A stretch of 52,773 bases of DNA, filler included, from Diploschistes diacapsis (Eukaryota): NCBI GenBank assembly GCA_023645945.1. It is 3 parts of 3 records of this genome, joined end to end, with 100 filler letters (N's around TTAATTAATTAA, not from the genome) between each part and the next. Parts side by side here need not be neighbours in the genome. Positions count along the whole stretch, not along the records: positions 35,275 to 52,773 come from JALAIB010000454.1; 2 more parts are not named here. One strand, written 5' to 3'. Shown in pieces: positions 35,423-47,497 of this stretch. Position 1 is the first letter of the stretch, and every line of letters begins with the position of its first letter. The position numbers and the translations under genes are program-made. The notes beneath the pieces were generated by a model, which had not been told where the DNA came from, made no database searches, and saw nothing but the letters and a program-made list of their open reading frames with translations.

Positions 35423-35531
35423 GGGTGTGATATTGCAAAGCGCACAGTTTAGTACCGCTAGGCCACATAGCAAAAGACCAACAATACTGGATTCTGTCAG
35501 TATTGAACTAAACTGATATATATATATATAT
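35423..35531. repeat. Structured terminal repeat, copy 2, with abutting (TA)7
   Basis: gggtgtgatattgcaaagcgcacagtttagtaccgctaggccacatagcaaaagaccaacaatactggattctgtcagtattgaactaaactga|tatata... Same orientation as copy 1; homology stops abruptly left of GGGTGT. Confidence 0.9.
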
Positions 35532-35873
35532 GCGAGACCACACGGGGGCCCGGCCAGGTTCGCCGTTAGTAGTAGGCCTGCGAGCCGTAGGTCGGTTGAG
35601 GGCTCGTCTTGCGCGAATCTCGGGATGGATGCTAAATCTTGGACCGTACGTGACACTGTTCTTGAAGCATCCGGACATCGATGCGAGCACGACGTTACAT
35701 AAGCTGTTTTATGGCAGTTTGTTTTCAGAGTTACTACAGACCGAAAATTCCAATGCCTTAACCTAAGGACACTGAGTAATTGTTCTTAAAGATCGGCATT
35801 AGTAATCACGTCTACGAGCGTGCTTTACGCTTGAGATATTGACCCTATTTTCAGGCTAGACTCTTCATAGTGC

Positions 35874-37452
35874 GTGAAGTTGAAAGGTAGAGTCTGTCTT
35901 GCCTATTCGGGTCAGCCCCTACGGTGACAACTGGAATATCTCAACTGACGTGAAACAGGTGGACTTGATACTAGCTGCGTGCTGGCTTGGTTCCTCGATG
36001 CGGGTTATGAAGTGGTCTGCTTCCTGGCCGATGTAGGGCAACAGGAAGACTAGGAAGAAGTCCAAGCGAAAGCCCAAAAGATTAGCGCTTTAAAGATGAT
36101 TATCCTAGACTTGCACCACGAGTTTGTTGAGGAATTCTGTTTCCGTGCTATCCAATGCAACGCAATATACGAAGGAAGATACTTGCTTGGAACTGGGCTG
36201 GCCCGCCCCGTTATTGCTCGCGCGCAGATGCGTGTAGCCTAGGAAGAAGGATGTGAATTTGTGAGCCATGGGTGCACAGCGAAGGGTAACGATACTATTC
36301 GCTTCGGTGAGCTAAACTTGGCTTGCTCAGCGTCTCCGCAGCATGGTAACCTACTCAGAGCTGGCGTTTCTCGCTATCGACCCGAAGATTCGAACTATCG
36401 CCCCTTGGAGGGTTCCGGAGTTCTATGAACAGTTTCAGGCCGCAGCGACTTGCTTGATTATGCTGCTGCCAAAGGAATTCCAGTAACGTCTACCAAAGCT
36501 GAACTATATAGCATGGACGACAATATAGCTCGTTGCAGTTATGAAGCTGGTTCCTTAGAAGATCCCTCCGTTCCTCCTCCTGATACCATGTGGACCCGTA
36601 CCTTTGAACCTCAGGCTGTTCCCAATGAACCCGTTGATATTACTCTTCTCTTCGAACAGGGTCTGCCCCTTGAGCTATGTGTTGGTAACAAAGAGTATAC
36701 AGACAGCCTTGAGCTTTTTATCTCACTTAATGAGATTGGAAAAAGGGCAGGCATTGGAAGGAGTGATATCGTGGAGGTGGGTCATCCACAATTCCATTGT
36801 TACGTCCTCCTAGATCAGTAGGCTGCTCAGGGCTTATGTGGGGTTATTATGCCTTGGGCATCGAATATTGTAATACATATGGACTACTAATCTGAATCTT
36901 TAGAATCGCATTAACGGCCTGAAATCACGTGGCTGCTAGGATTCACCTGCCATGACCATACTAAGGCTCGCACATCTGGATGCTGAAGGCCTAGTGATGT
37001 TATATTTTTCGCCGGAACGTGAGTTCATAGAAAAACTCTTTACTGTTTAGCCAAAAACGAGTAGCAAGCAATCCTGCCCCGGGTCATGTCAACGATCGTG
37101 GTTGCCGTCATGTTTCCTATATTTAAGCACGACTGCTGACTACCGGTTCTCGTTAGAATGCGGAGGTGCGACTCCATTGCTACAAGGGCTCAGTGTCTGT
37201 GCTTGGCAGAACTTCGAAGACTGAAAAGCTTTATTCCATGGAGGAAGCGTCTATGGACTCACTGATTGATTTTGAACCTACGGACACCAGTACGTTTGAC
37301 ATATCCGCAGCCACCGAATGCTGTTAAATCTGGTCCCTGAATCGAGAAGGCACTACTAACTAATCATTTGCAACGCAGCTGGCTTCATCAATATCAATGC
37401 CATCCGGCTGAAGAAGTGGGGAATGCAGAAGGCCGAAGAAGGACAGAGGTAG
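35874..37452 (+). pseudogene. ARG1: Argininosuccinate synthase pseudogene (introns retained)
   Basis: KGRVCLAYSG|GLDTSCVL, ADVGQQED*, YEGRYLLGTGLARPVIARAQ, VSHGCTAKGND, YSMDDN...SYEAG.LEDP, GIGRSDIVE|NRINGLKSRGC*DSP, YFSPEREF, YKGSV, GFININAIRLKK. In-frame TAG at 36051, 36240 and 36937; frameshifts near 36438 and 37031-37035; no ATG at the expected start (GTG at 35874). Confidence 0.9.
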
Positions 37453-40400
37453 AGCACGGTATAGAACGTGCCTACCAACAACATGCAACTCATGCTTAGC
37501 GGACACAAGCTACTTACGAGATGGGGCTACTATCGGTCTAAAACGGGGATCTTTGCGAGGGTCAAGCGTCAAACGATTGTCTCTAGGAAAGATACCAATC
37601 CTCCCTCGACGCTATTACCTCATTCTATTTCGCTATCTCTGCGGTGGGACAAGCCTTTGACGAAGCTCTAGGCTATTGGACATGTCTGGAATGTCGAGTA
37701 CTCTTGGGGAATGGCCCTTTTTGTCATGGGACAATGAATGCTGCTTCGAAAAGTAGCACACAAAAATTCAATGTCTTGTACTTTGTCAAACTCTGCTTCA
37801 TCTTCGCCCTTGACCCTTGCTGTTCTGCAATTCGAGCTTTGTGTTTATAGAAAATGTTCGACCATTCTGCCGATGGAAGGCCGCTCCTCAGCCTTCGAAA
37901 GGCTTCAATCTCGCACGGAGACTGAAGATTTGAGGTGGCTGTATCGTCGTTTACTTCCTGTCCGAGCTCAACTATTAACAACGAGTCTGGTAGAGATACA
38001 GCAACTAATTCCTGCTTTCTACACACGATAGACCGGGCACAGCATCTTGTAGCCTCCCAGCTGGGAGATAGTGGGGGGTAAAGGAAGATAAGGGTAGAAG
38101 GAGCGTCTCTCATTTTTGCGGTTGCCAGTAACATAGCTGGCCACTCCCCCAGTCACCACACAAGCGTTCGTGTCATCCTCCCACTTTAGATTCGCAGAAG
38201 CTTCGACGCTGCGGAAGCAGCCGAACCGCTGTTCGGATTGAATAACCAGACCAGACAAGACCAGTCAGTCTCCCCACTCCCGACCTTCTCCATCATCCTG
38301 CTCTTTATCCCCGTGGGCCAGAACTGAAATTAACACGATTGCCTGCAGATCCACCTGTCGTGATATTGAACTAGTCGAATCCAGAACACCTTTTTGCCCA
38401 CCCAGGTCTGTCTTCCATGGGTGTTATTGGGTCGGCGTCTCTCCAAATTTCCTCATACTGGTTTTTTTGAGCCCGTTCGCTCGTACTTGCTGTATTCAAA
38501 TACCTTGTTGAAAGCCTGTGCCATTTAGCCACCAAAGGTGTCCCTCTTCTAGCAGCGCTCACGATCCCAACAACCATTCATTCTGTTTTTCGATCCGTCT
38601 TGGCCTGGTTTTCTTCTTGCTTCCCATTCCTTTCCCCCGGGGTTAATTTAGTTGAGCAGTTCGGTTGGAGAAAAATTTTTTTTGGGATCGATATGCTCTC
38701 AATGATGGACTTTGGGTTTCTGCTCGCCGGCTCTGCGGTCTAGACGCTGTTGCGTTCAGTGACCCCTGATGTTGATGTCCGTGCAGTCGCTAGCTGCAAC
38801 TTGCAACTATCGTTCTTGATTTTAAAAGGTTTACGTTGTGAGGAGGCCGAGCTTAGATGGTGGCAAGCAGAGCAGCATCTTTGCATGCAGAAGTGTATTC
38901 CATCCTCGAAAAAGATGCAACACTCGTCCTCATTCCTTCAGTGGGGACGTATTCGCAACCCTGCCCAAGTTCAATACCCATGTCCGGGGTCGTGAATTAA
39001 CTTTACTCTCTCAGAATTCTGAAGACAGCTCCAGGCGGAACAAGCCCGTCCATGCCACTGAAGCCGGTCATTTTACCGTATAGTCATGGATGGCAAGCTT
39101 CCTCCCGCAGTGCTGACTGGACATGTCTTTGCCTGTGAGAGAAACTCGGGACCTGCAGCAATTATATTCTCGAGGAGAGCAGGATTGCCGCGCTTTGAAA
39201 GAATATTGGGCGATCTCGCAGAATGCCGCCAAGCCCACGTTACACGCGTTCCCAGAAGTTAAGGAACGCTTGATTCTCTGCTTCGCCCCCTGAAATCGAT
39301 TTCATGGTCTGATTCCGATTCCGCCAGGCCATTCCAAGTCTGGCTGCAAAGAAACGTTCCTGTCGCCAGCGTCGCTTGAAAGCGGTTGAGAGGAAAGAGT
39401 CGTGCGCCCCAATCTCCCCCAGAAAACCGAGCTGGACAGATACTGTGTCGTTAGGGCTCGAGTTTTTGATTACCGCTGGTCGACTGACGCTGAATCCGTC
39501 CCCGGCGCCCGGTGGCTGTCGGGGAAGCTTTCTTTGGGGGTCCAGCCCCAGCCTTTTTGCCTTGGGCCTCCTCCCCCGACGATCTTGCGATCAATATCCC
39601 CCCATGGCGCTCTTGAAGCCCCGTTCGATCCAAGTCGAGCGGTCCGCGCGGCGGTGTCCGTCGCTTGGCCGCGTTCATCCAAATCGCCGGAAGCGTTTGC
39701 TCCCTTAACGGAACCTCGTCGTTTCGTGCCGTCGCGTTCGGAGCCTGGACGGTTCCATGCAATCGGCCTCGTCCCCTTCAGCGAGAAGACATCCGAGGGA
39801 CCATCTGTCTGTGTTCGTCCGGTACGAATTCGACAAGCGTCGTCAGGAGCAGGATCGTATCTCCATTTTAGGAAGGGGGGTTTTTGCAATCTGCGAGCTC
39901 CCGCTTCATGCCTGTCCTGGGCATGGACGATATCGAACAACTCCGGCCCAACTTGGTGTACACTCACGGCGCACTCCATCTGCGAGCCATCAGCGCAGTG
40001 CTTTTCGTGCCATACGCTCAAAGAAAAGGGGCCACGCTTGGGAGGAGCCGAGGGTTCAGGGCCCAGTTTCTGTATTCTGTGGCTTCTTGCTCAGCTACGC
40101 CTTTCCAAAAATGATACCGAACGACCCATTCGGAAACGCTGTTCAAGGTTGTGCGACGTTGTATGTCTTTCAGAGGAAATGCTTTGACGGGGCGGTGTTG
40201 CTATACAATTCCAGAAATTTATTACAAGGGGCTGGCTGCACTTACAAGTCGCTTCCCATTGTCCTTGGACAACTCGAAAAAGCAACTTGACATCAGCCAC
40301 TTTCGCACTTCACGGTGTGGCGGTGCAGGCCCGAATAGGAAAGTAGCACGTCTCCCCTGACGTCCTCACTTCGGTTTGCCCCTGATTCTGGGGATAAAAA

Positions 40401-41788
40401 ATGCTGACGATGTCGCATGCGGGTCAGAAACACGATCGGGAGATCTACCAGACTCAATCTCCTGTAGAGCTCAAGCAGGGGCGGTATTGCTTTTGAAAAG
40501 AGGCAATCTGGGATGGGAAAACGTGCCAGAGAGTGTATTGAAGGGTAAAAAAACCAATATAGAGAGAGGCGTGAATTGCCACGAGGGGACCTTGGAGTGG
40601 GAGCTTGCTCGATAAGCGCCATAAGAAATAGATGGAAGTTCAAAAGGAGTAGTAGCGGTTTTTTTTTTTTTTTTTTTGGTTATGTATACTTAGCAGCCCC
40701 GAACCGATTCCTTAGCTGCAGAACATCGCCGTCTCTCATCCATCAGGCTGGGAGGCACACTGCCTAACATACGAGACCCGTTCAATAATTCAATAACGTC
40801 AGCGGAACAACAGAGCCATGCCATTGAAGAGTAAACTAGGAGCCGATTAGGCTCGACATGTAAGCGTTGGACAAAACGCATAAAGTATTGTTGAAGGCCT
40901 TCGCTACGTTTGAAGCAAAAGCTCAACCTTGGCTGCCGGGCCGAAACGAGCTGTGGAGAGCCTGTCTGCGTAACCAGGTCTGGCAGAGCTAGGAACCAAG
41001 AGCACCCATGCCGGTGAGCATGCAGGATAGAGTCTCTCTCTCTCTCTGCATGATGAGCTGAAGCATCAGTTTGGTGCATAAAGTCCGACAGCAACAAGAA
41101 CGGACATGGTCTCTCAAGGGCGAGGGGGAAATGGTCACGACAACTAGGAACAGGGCAGGGACATGACATCGTCTACCTACGGGAGAAGGCCGCAGAGCGA
41201 GAAAAAACAGCGAAAGCACTGGCTGCAACACCAATAGGAGAAAAAGACCCATCAAACGCACCATCGACATATCATCGACCTCAGCAAACAACGGGCTCAC
41301 CCGAGACCCGGGACCAAAACTTGGTTGATATCTCTCCCAAGCAAAAAAATTCCTCTTCACATAAAATGTACAGATCGAAGTCAAGTAACTGGAGAGCTTA
41401 CTTCTTCCCTATTCTTGCACTTGAGAGAATTCTAGTGTCGCGTGGCTTCTTACGTCTAGGCATTTTCGGGGGAAAAAGCTGATTAGTTCAAGCTAAGGAG
41501 ATAAATAGCCACTCAGCTCCATGACCATCGAAGAAGCTAGACATCTCATGTACACAGATAAGCAAACCCAGTTCATTCCAACAACCCTTCTATCAAAACA
41601 CTCTCTAAGGATTAGCCAGGCTATCCAGGCAGAGAGGAGCTGTATCTACATTCAGGCGAGCAAGAAACAAGAAAGACGAGATATGGAAGATGAATGTACT
41701 CAAGCACCTAAGACTTACATAAGAGTAACGCCTTTGAATCATCCGCAGGGTTCATGACATTGGCATCCCCGATAAGCAGATAACAACG

Positions 41789-44213
41789 ATGCAAAACCAG
41801 AAAGGCAAGTGAACAAGAATAGGAGATACATACTTGCTGACAGAGAGTTTCAGGAATCATGGATCAAGATCGGGGCAGGGATAGGAACGATATGATGAGC
41901 CTATCAAGGTGGGATCTACCTCCAGGACCAACAGCACCAGCATATGTAGAAATTTCAACGAGCGGAGACGCTGACAAATCCGAGTTTAGTATGGGAATGG
42001 ATATATCGCCAGCGCCAAGCGGTGAGCAAGACGAGGTTCTTGACTGTACGGCTGCTACCCAACAACTGTTTCGGCACCCAGCAGAGTCCAGGAGTAGAGA
42101 AAACGAAGAGAACTACCAAAGTGGACGATCTTCGGATTCCGCTTTAGGACACAGCTTCTGGACGATGCTGATTGAGCGGGATCGCTCACCTGGCTCCCCC
42201 TCACCCTCAGAATTAGGTCAGTGGCTCTCATCTTCTGAACTATTTCAACGACAAAGACTTGTGTTAACACAAAGACAGAACCAGACTCTACCCATGAACA
42301 CAAAGTGCGCACAGGTGTACAGCCAACAACAAACAATAGAAATGGGCATGTCAGTAATCTCGTCCAACTCACCCTGAGTGTTGATGGCCAGCACACCATG
42401 GCTGATCAAGCAAGTACTCTGCCCGATCTGTGGAAGCTAACGCTAGGACGCGAAGATGAACATGGAAATATAGTAAACCTAGACTTCGAAACCCTCCGTG
42501 ACGCTGGCTATATCGAAAGCCGAACGTTACTGAGACGCAAATATGCAGAAGGCGACACAAGCTTGTCAGAATCTGAAGATGAAACAGAGGCCAACGCGTA
42601 TATAGGCCCAGGTACAGGCATGCCCCAAGTGTCAGAGCAGCCAATGCCTCCTGTATACACCAGGGCAGCCGGGGAGACGACTCAGGAGCCGTTTGACATT
42701 TCCGACTTTGTCAACGACGTTGAGGCAGACGAAAATGGTGAGTTTGACATCGGTCCACTTCGAGGCCAGGATACATTTGATGAGTTCGATAAATTCGCCA
42801 ATCTCAAAGAGATCAATCCCGTTGACATCACGCCGGGCCAGGGGCAGACACAAGAGAGAGATAAAAAACAGAAAAACGTCACGGATGAAGGCAAAGCAAC
42901 CGAAGAAGCAGCTCAGTCCGCCATACCAGCAAAGGCTTTTGAACTCGACTTCATTACACCAGGCCTGGGAGAGATGTTGAAGGACTACAAGAATCCCTAC
43001 GAAGACTTGAAAAGGGCCGGCCACAGCGGTGAATCCAGCAATGGTACCTTCCCAGAATCCGATGATACATACCTTTGGATCGCACAACTCGGTGGAACCT
43101 TCCGCGATGACGATTTTACTGAATACCCAACAACAGCTAAGAACTCAAATGGCTTCACAATGACCTGGGAGGACGGTGATGCAAAGAAATGGGAGGAAGC
43201 CTGGCCAGAGCTTTGCCTAGAGGTAGAAGACATAGAGAGGCAGAACAGTAAAGTGACCATCGAGAAGAAACCAAAGCAATTTATTGGTAAGCTGTGGACA
43301 AGACATTTGGATTGAAATATGCACACGGCTGATTGAGCTCAATTTAGTGGAGCTACTGAATCCGGCGAAAGGTCCAAATACTTACTGGAAATACGACGAT
43401 ATCGTGCTTGACGAAAACCTTATGTCAGGAAACCATCTTTTCAAATTGATCGACCCTCCGAAAGGATTGCCAGAGATATGGGCCATGAGCCGAAACGAGA
43501 CTAGCAAGAACGTTGGCTTTCTCCCCGAGCTTGGGTTCCACGCTCGAAACATGGAGATACCAGAAACCATAGAGGTTGTCCACTTGGACTTCCCAACCGA
43601 GCGCTTGGAGCTGAAACGCAAGCTCGATTCTATCGACTGGTTTTCATCCGACAAGGATGTATTAAGGTTTCCGATCATGCTAACGCTCCTCCGCGCCAAG
43701 GCACTTGCCGGATCCGGAATTAAATTGCAGTAAGTTATTTGATACCCCTTTATTCTCTTGAAAAAGCTGATCCGGACGAGGTGCGATGGTGTTTGGAACA
43801 AGGATAAGACGTGCACCACGCTGGCAGAGCTGTACGAGATGACCTGGCCTGACAGCAAGGAGGCGGGAGCGGAGGGCAAATTGCCAGAACAGCCCTTCGA
43901 GAACGATGCGGACTGGTATTTCTACCAGACCTCTGGAGAGGGTGAGCCGGCGGAGGCATGGAACCCTGGAAGCCTGTTCGGCACAACTGCGGGTGAGGCT
44001 GGAGAGATTTCAAGCGCGCGTTACCATGCTTCCCGCCAGCAAGCGTACCTGGCGGGGCTTTTCCTGTAAGTTTTGAGATGCATGAGACCTATTTGAACAG
44101 CGTGATCTAATTGTTGCAGTCGCGACATCGACAAGGAAAAAAAGAAAGACAAGAGTGGTGAAAGGGCACCCTGCTTGGGAGGCCTCAAACCTGTTGGATC
44201 GCGTAAGCTCTAG
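41789..44213 (+). CDS. Hypothetical multi-exon protein, acidic and low-complexity, no family recognised; 5' exons uncertain
   Basis: ORFs 41859-42377, 42305-43315, 43284-43733 and 43758-44069 can be joined in frame through GTAAG donors at about 43288, 43730 and 44066 with branch/AG acceptors. The last exon ends with TAG at 44211-44213. The start could be 41789, 41859 or about 42398. Confidence 0.6.
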
Positions 44214-45031
44214 AGAGCAAAAGCGTAGCACGTCCATCCATTGCTCGTAGTTTTCGCCTTAATTTTCGCCGAGCTCGCATGCATCTGAACTTTTGGACTC
44301 AGCTGGATGGATTGAGCGATGAATACCAAAAGTTGTAGATGCGAGGCGGCAAATGGGGTTTGGATTTTACTACTATGCCAAGTCTACTTGTGGCGTTACC
44401 CGTTTGCCAGCACCATGCCGCCCGCCATGGATGCCCCTTCGAAAGAAAGACGAGAAGTGCCGTCGCTACCTATTCCCATATTTCCCTACCACCTCATACT
44501 GAGGTACTAGAGAAAGCTTAGCTGCGCCTGTTACTATCAAGAAACGCAGTGTGTATATCACAACAACATATATGGCTCGCTTTTGAGCCTGATCACACAG
44601 TCAGAAAAAGTCACACCTGCAAGCATAATTTGGCAGGTACATTGTTGCATTCATCGTCGCTGCGTACTTCAATACAGTCTCATTTGCCGTGTTCTTCGCC
44701 CATAACCCACATCTTATCCAGTAGAGCGTGACCGATGCTATGCGCCATAGTCCACAAATAATGGGATTATGGAGCATAGCATACAGAGACACGTATGCTC
44801 GCATAACTACCATGCCCATCCATAACCATCATGTAACCGCCCAACCCGTAACAGGGCCGTTGTGCACCAGACGCCACGCTTGAAATCCACTGCGACGGAA
44901 CCTGAGTCCTCCTGCAGTATTATGACCGTACAGCCAACATGAACAAATCAAGGAAACAGACATCGACATGGGGGAGCACCCAAAGGAGACCGAGGTGACG
45001 GGAGCCGAGAACCGTGAGATGCTGTTTCAAC

Positions 45032-47497
45032 CTAGCTCTTCCATCGGCGGTCGTCTGTCTCTGTCCTCGAGGTCTTCCGTGTAGGCAGCAGGCTGCTTCT
45101 CCTGCCGCTCGGAACAGAAGACGAGGAAGCAATGGCCATTGATGACGCCGGTCGAGTGGGGAGCTTTCGGACGCTAGGGCCCTCCGCAGCAACGCTGCTC
45201 GCATTATCGTAACTCTCGCGCCCGACGTTAAAAGTGGAGACCACAGGAGAGTTTGGCAAGCTTGGCACGGGCAGCATGCTCGTGTGTCTCGACCCTGGTG
45301 CTAGAGGTATCCTCGGTACCGAGCTCTGATGCTGTGGCCTGTAGAGGCGGGATTTCGGGCGAGGCTCGCTCGGTGCTTGGTACGATCTGACCGACGAGGG
45401 CGATGAGTCACGACGGTTGTGGAAGCCCATCGAGGATGCTGCCCTGAAGCGGCTCGCAGCAGGCGCACTAGCCGAAGGAGCCCCAGGGCCCAGGGGTGAG
45501 GGCGACGGTAGTCCAGAGGCGGCAGTGGATTTGGGCGTGCGGTAGGAATAGGCCGATTGCTGGGAGTTCTTGAGCGCAATGGCGAAGGCGGTGGGCTTGA
45601 ACTTCTGTGGTTGCTCCAGAAGCTTACTATCGACTTTTCCGCCGATAGCCCAACGGGGACGATGGTCTGGGACGCTGGGCGTCACTGGAAGTCGCGCACG
45701 GCTGCCTGGTGTGGGCGTGCTGCTTGCTGCTCTTGAACTTGGTGAAGGCGAAGCACTCGACAAGCGCGACGTGGCAGGAAATGAAGGACGCTTCGCCGCA
45801 CTCAGAGTTACCGGTTGACTGACTACTCTACGCCCTGCAGGCGGTCGAGAAGAGGACAAGGAGCGGATGCTACTGCCTCGGCTTCTTGAGTGAGTAAGTT
45901 CAGGCGTGGATGGAAGGCTACCCTTTCCTTCTATGGTGTGGTGCACAACGGATGATGCAGGAGAGCTACCAGGGGTATCCAGGTTACTGGTCGAGCCAAA
46001 AGCCTCGGTCGACATGATCGTAGAAACAGAATCACGTAGTTGCTGGCTCTTGCTGGCTTGAACTTCTTCCAAAGCTGCATCAGCCTCTGCCAGCCTGTTC
46101 TCCAGCTCGTTCCACAAGGCGCGAGTGTCTGCGTGTATTCGCAGAACCTCTCCATTTACTGTCAATCGATCCTTGACTCCTTTTTCTATCATCGACAGAA
46201 CCTTCTTGATGGCCGGACCGTAATTGCTCTTCTTCACTTCGTAATCACCCACTCTCTTCGCGAGCAGATTCGGAGTAGATGTAAGAGCATCGCTTTCGAG
46301 TGCCTCGCGAAGCCTCAATATTCCCTTCTCAACAGACTCGCACATCTTCTGTGCCTGGCGGGCTGCGGTCCTGAAAACTACAACCCACCTATCCTCTCCA
46401 AGTTCGTGCCTCAGAGTTTCTGCGTCATTTTCGAGTTCTTTGTACTTTGCCTCTAGCGTCATGCGTCTATTGTCCAAGTCGCCGCAAGCCGAAGGAAAGA
46501 CTGACTTGGCTCGTGCTTCATACGAAGACAGTCGCATGGGCAAAAAGTCCAGGGAAGCACGCAAAGGCTGCATTCGAGCAAAGAGCGTAAGAAGGCTGGA
46601 GTCATCTGGAAGATTCTGAAGGCCAGGAGATGCAAGAGGCGAATGAGGCGGAATGGCTGGTGGAACGGCAAAGCGGCTGGTCTTGGCTGTTTTCGAGTCT
46701 GTCGTGGTAGGCGCCTCTTCCACGATTGTCTCCAATTCCTTGATATCAAGAGCAGAGGCATGATAGTCTAGGCTTTCATCGAATCCACCTTTGTATCGCT
46801 TCTCCTCCATCTCGAATACGAAAGTCCCCAGTCCCTCGATCTCTTGGCCAATTTCTCCGAGGACGTTGTTCCACAACTCTTCCCATTCCATTGCAAGCTC
46901 CACCTGCCGCTTCACTTCTTTGAGGGATGTGTTGACTCTGTCCCATGCGTTCACAACTTCGTCTAGCGTATCCAACAATTGAGTCATGTCCGCCTTTGAA
47001 ACGTCATATATGTCTGGCCTCTTCCTGGTTTCGTCGACGGAGCCCATGTAAGTCACCACCAGTCTCTCGAACCTTTTGATAGCGGCTTCGACATCGGCCA
47101 GACCTTCCTTGTTGCCAGACCCGGCCCATTCCACGTCATCTTCCGCGTCGAGACCGCCCAATACCTCCGCCGCCTTCTTAATCCAGCTTTTGATCTGGCC
47201 TGCCGCATTGCTGAGAGCCTTTGCGGCAGCGGTAGCTGTTGGTATGGCGGCTACGGTGGAAGCGAGCGAATCCGCATCAGGTAAATTGATGGACGTTAAT
47301 TGTGAGAGTTGCTGTGACAGAGAAGCGCGATTGACTGAGTAGATCGAGGCCGGTCGTGACGGTGGGAGGGGTTTGAAATATGATTCTAGGTTTGGCGATT
47401 GAAAAGTACCTGGCTCCCTTGGAGGTAGTGGTGGATGCTCGTCGTGAGGCGACGCTGGTGTTGCCGCGGCGAAGCCATTACCGTGCACTATGGCCAT
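45032..47497 (-). CDS. KAR9: Kar9-domain microtubule/cortex linker (karyogamy protein; MigA-like)
   Basis: Single 821-aa ORF with LDAEDDVEW, QVELAMEWEELWNNVLGEIGQE, LLTLFARMQPLRASLDFLPMRL, LRHELGEDRW..VFR and GVKDRLTVNGE, then a Ser/Pro/Arg-rich basic tail. Confidence 0.85.
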   Translation of the reverse strand: MAIVHGNGFAAATPASPHDEHPPLPPREPGTFQSPNLESYFKPLPPSRPASIYSVNRASLSQQLSQLTSINLPDADSLASTVAAIPTATAAAKALSNAAGQIKSWIKKAAEVLGGLDAEDDVEWAGSGNKEGLADVEAAIKRFERLVVTYMGSVDETRKRPDIYDVSKADMTQLLDTLDEVVNAWDRVNTSLKEVKRQVELAMEWEELWNNVLGEIGQEIEGLGTFVFEMEEKRYKGGFDESLDYHASALDIKELETIVEEAPTTTDSKTAKTSRFAVPPAIPPHSPLASPGLQNLPDDSSLLTLFARMQPLRASLDFLPMRLSSYEARAKSVFPSACGDLDNRRMTLEAKYKELENDAETLRHELGEDRWVVVFRTAARQAQKMCESVEKGILRLREALESDALTSTPNLLAKRVGDYEVKKSNYGPAIKKVLSMIEKGVKDRLTVNGEVLRIHADTRALWNELENRLAEADAALEEVQASKSQQLRDSVSTIMSTEAFGSTSNLDTPGSSPASSVVHHTIEGKGSLPSTPELTHSRSRGSSIRSLSSSRPPAGRRVVSQPVTLSAAKRPSFPATSRLSSASPSPSSRAASSTPTPGSRARLPVTPSVPDHRPRWAIGGKVDSKLLEQPQKFKPTAFAIALKNSQQSAYSYRTPKSTAASGLPSPSPLGPGAPSASAPAASRFRAASSMGFHNRRDSSPSSVRSYQAPSEPRPKSRLYRPQHQSSVPRIPLAPGSRHTSMLPVPSLPNSPVVSTFNVGRESYDNASSVAAEGPSVRKLPTRPASSMAIASSSSVPSGRRSSLLPTRKTSRTETDDRRWKS

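Noticed and set aside
39402..40187. 261-aa ORF with an overlapping 183-aa antisense ORF
   Set aside because: GTG start, Pro/Arg/Ser/Cys-rich random-like composition, no motifs or splice support.
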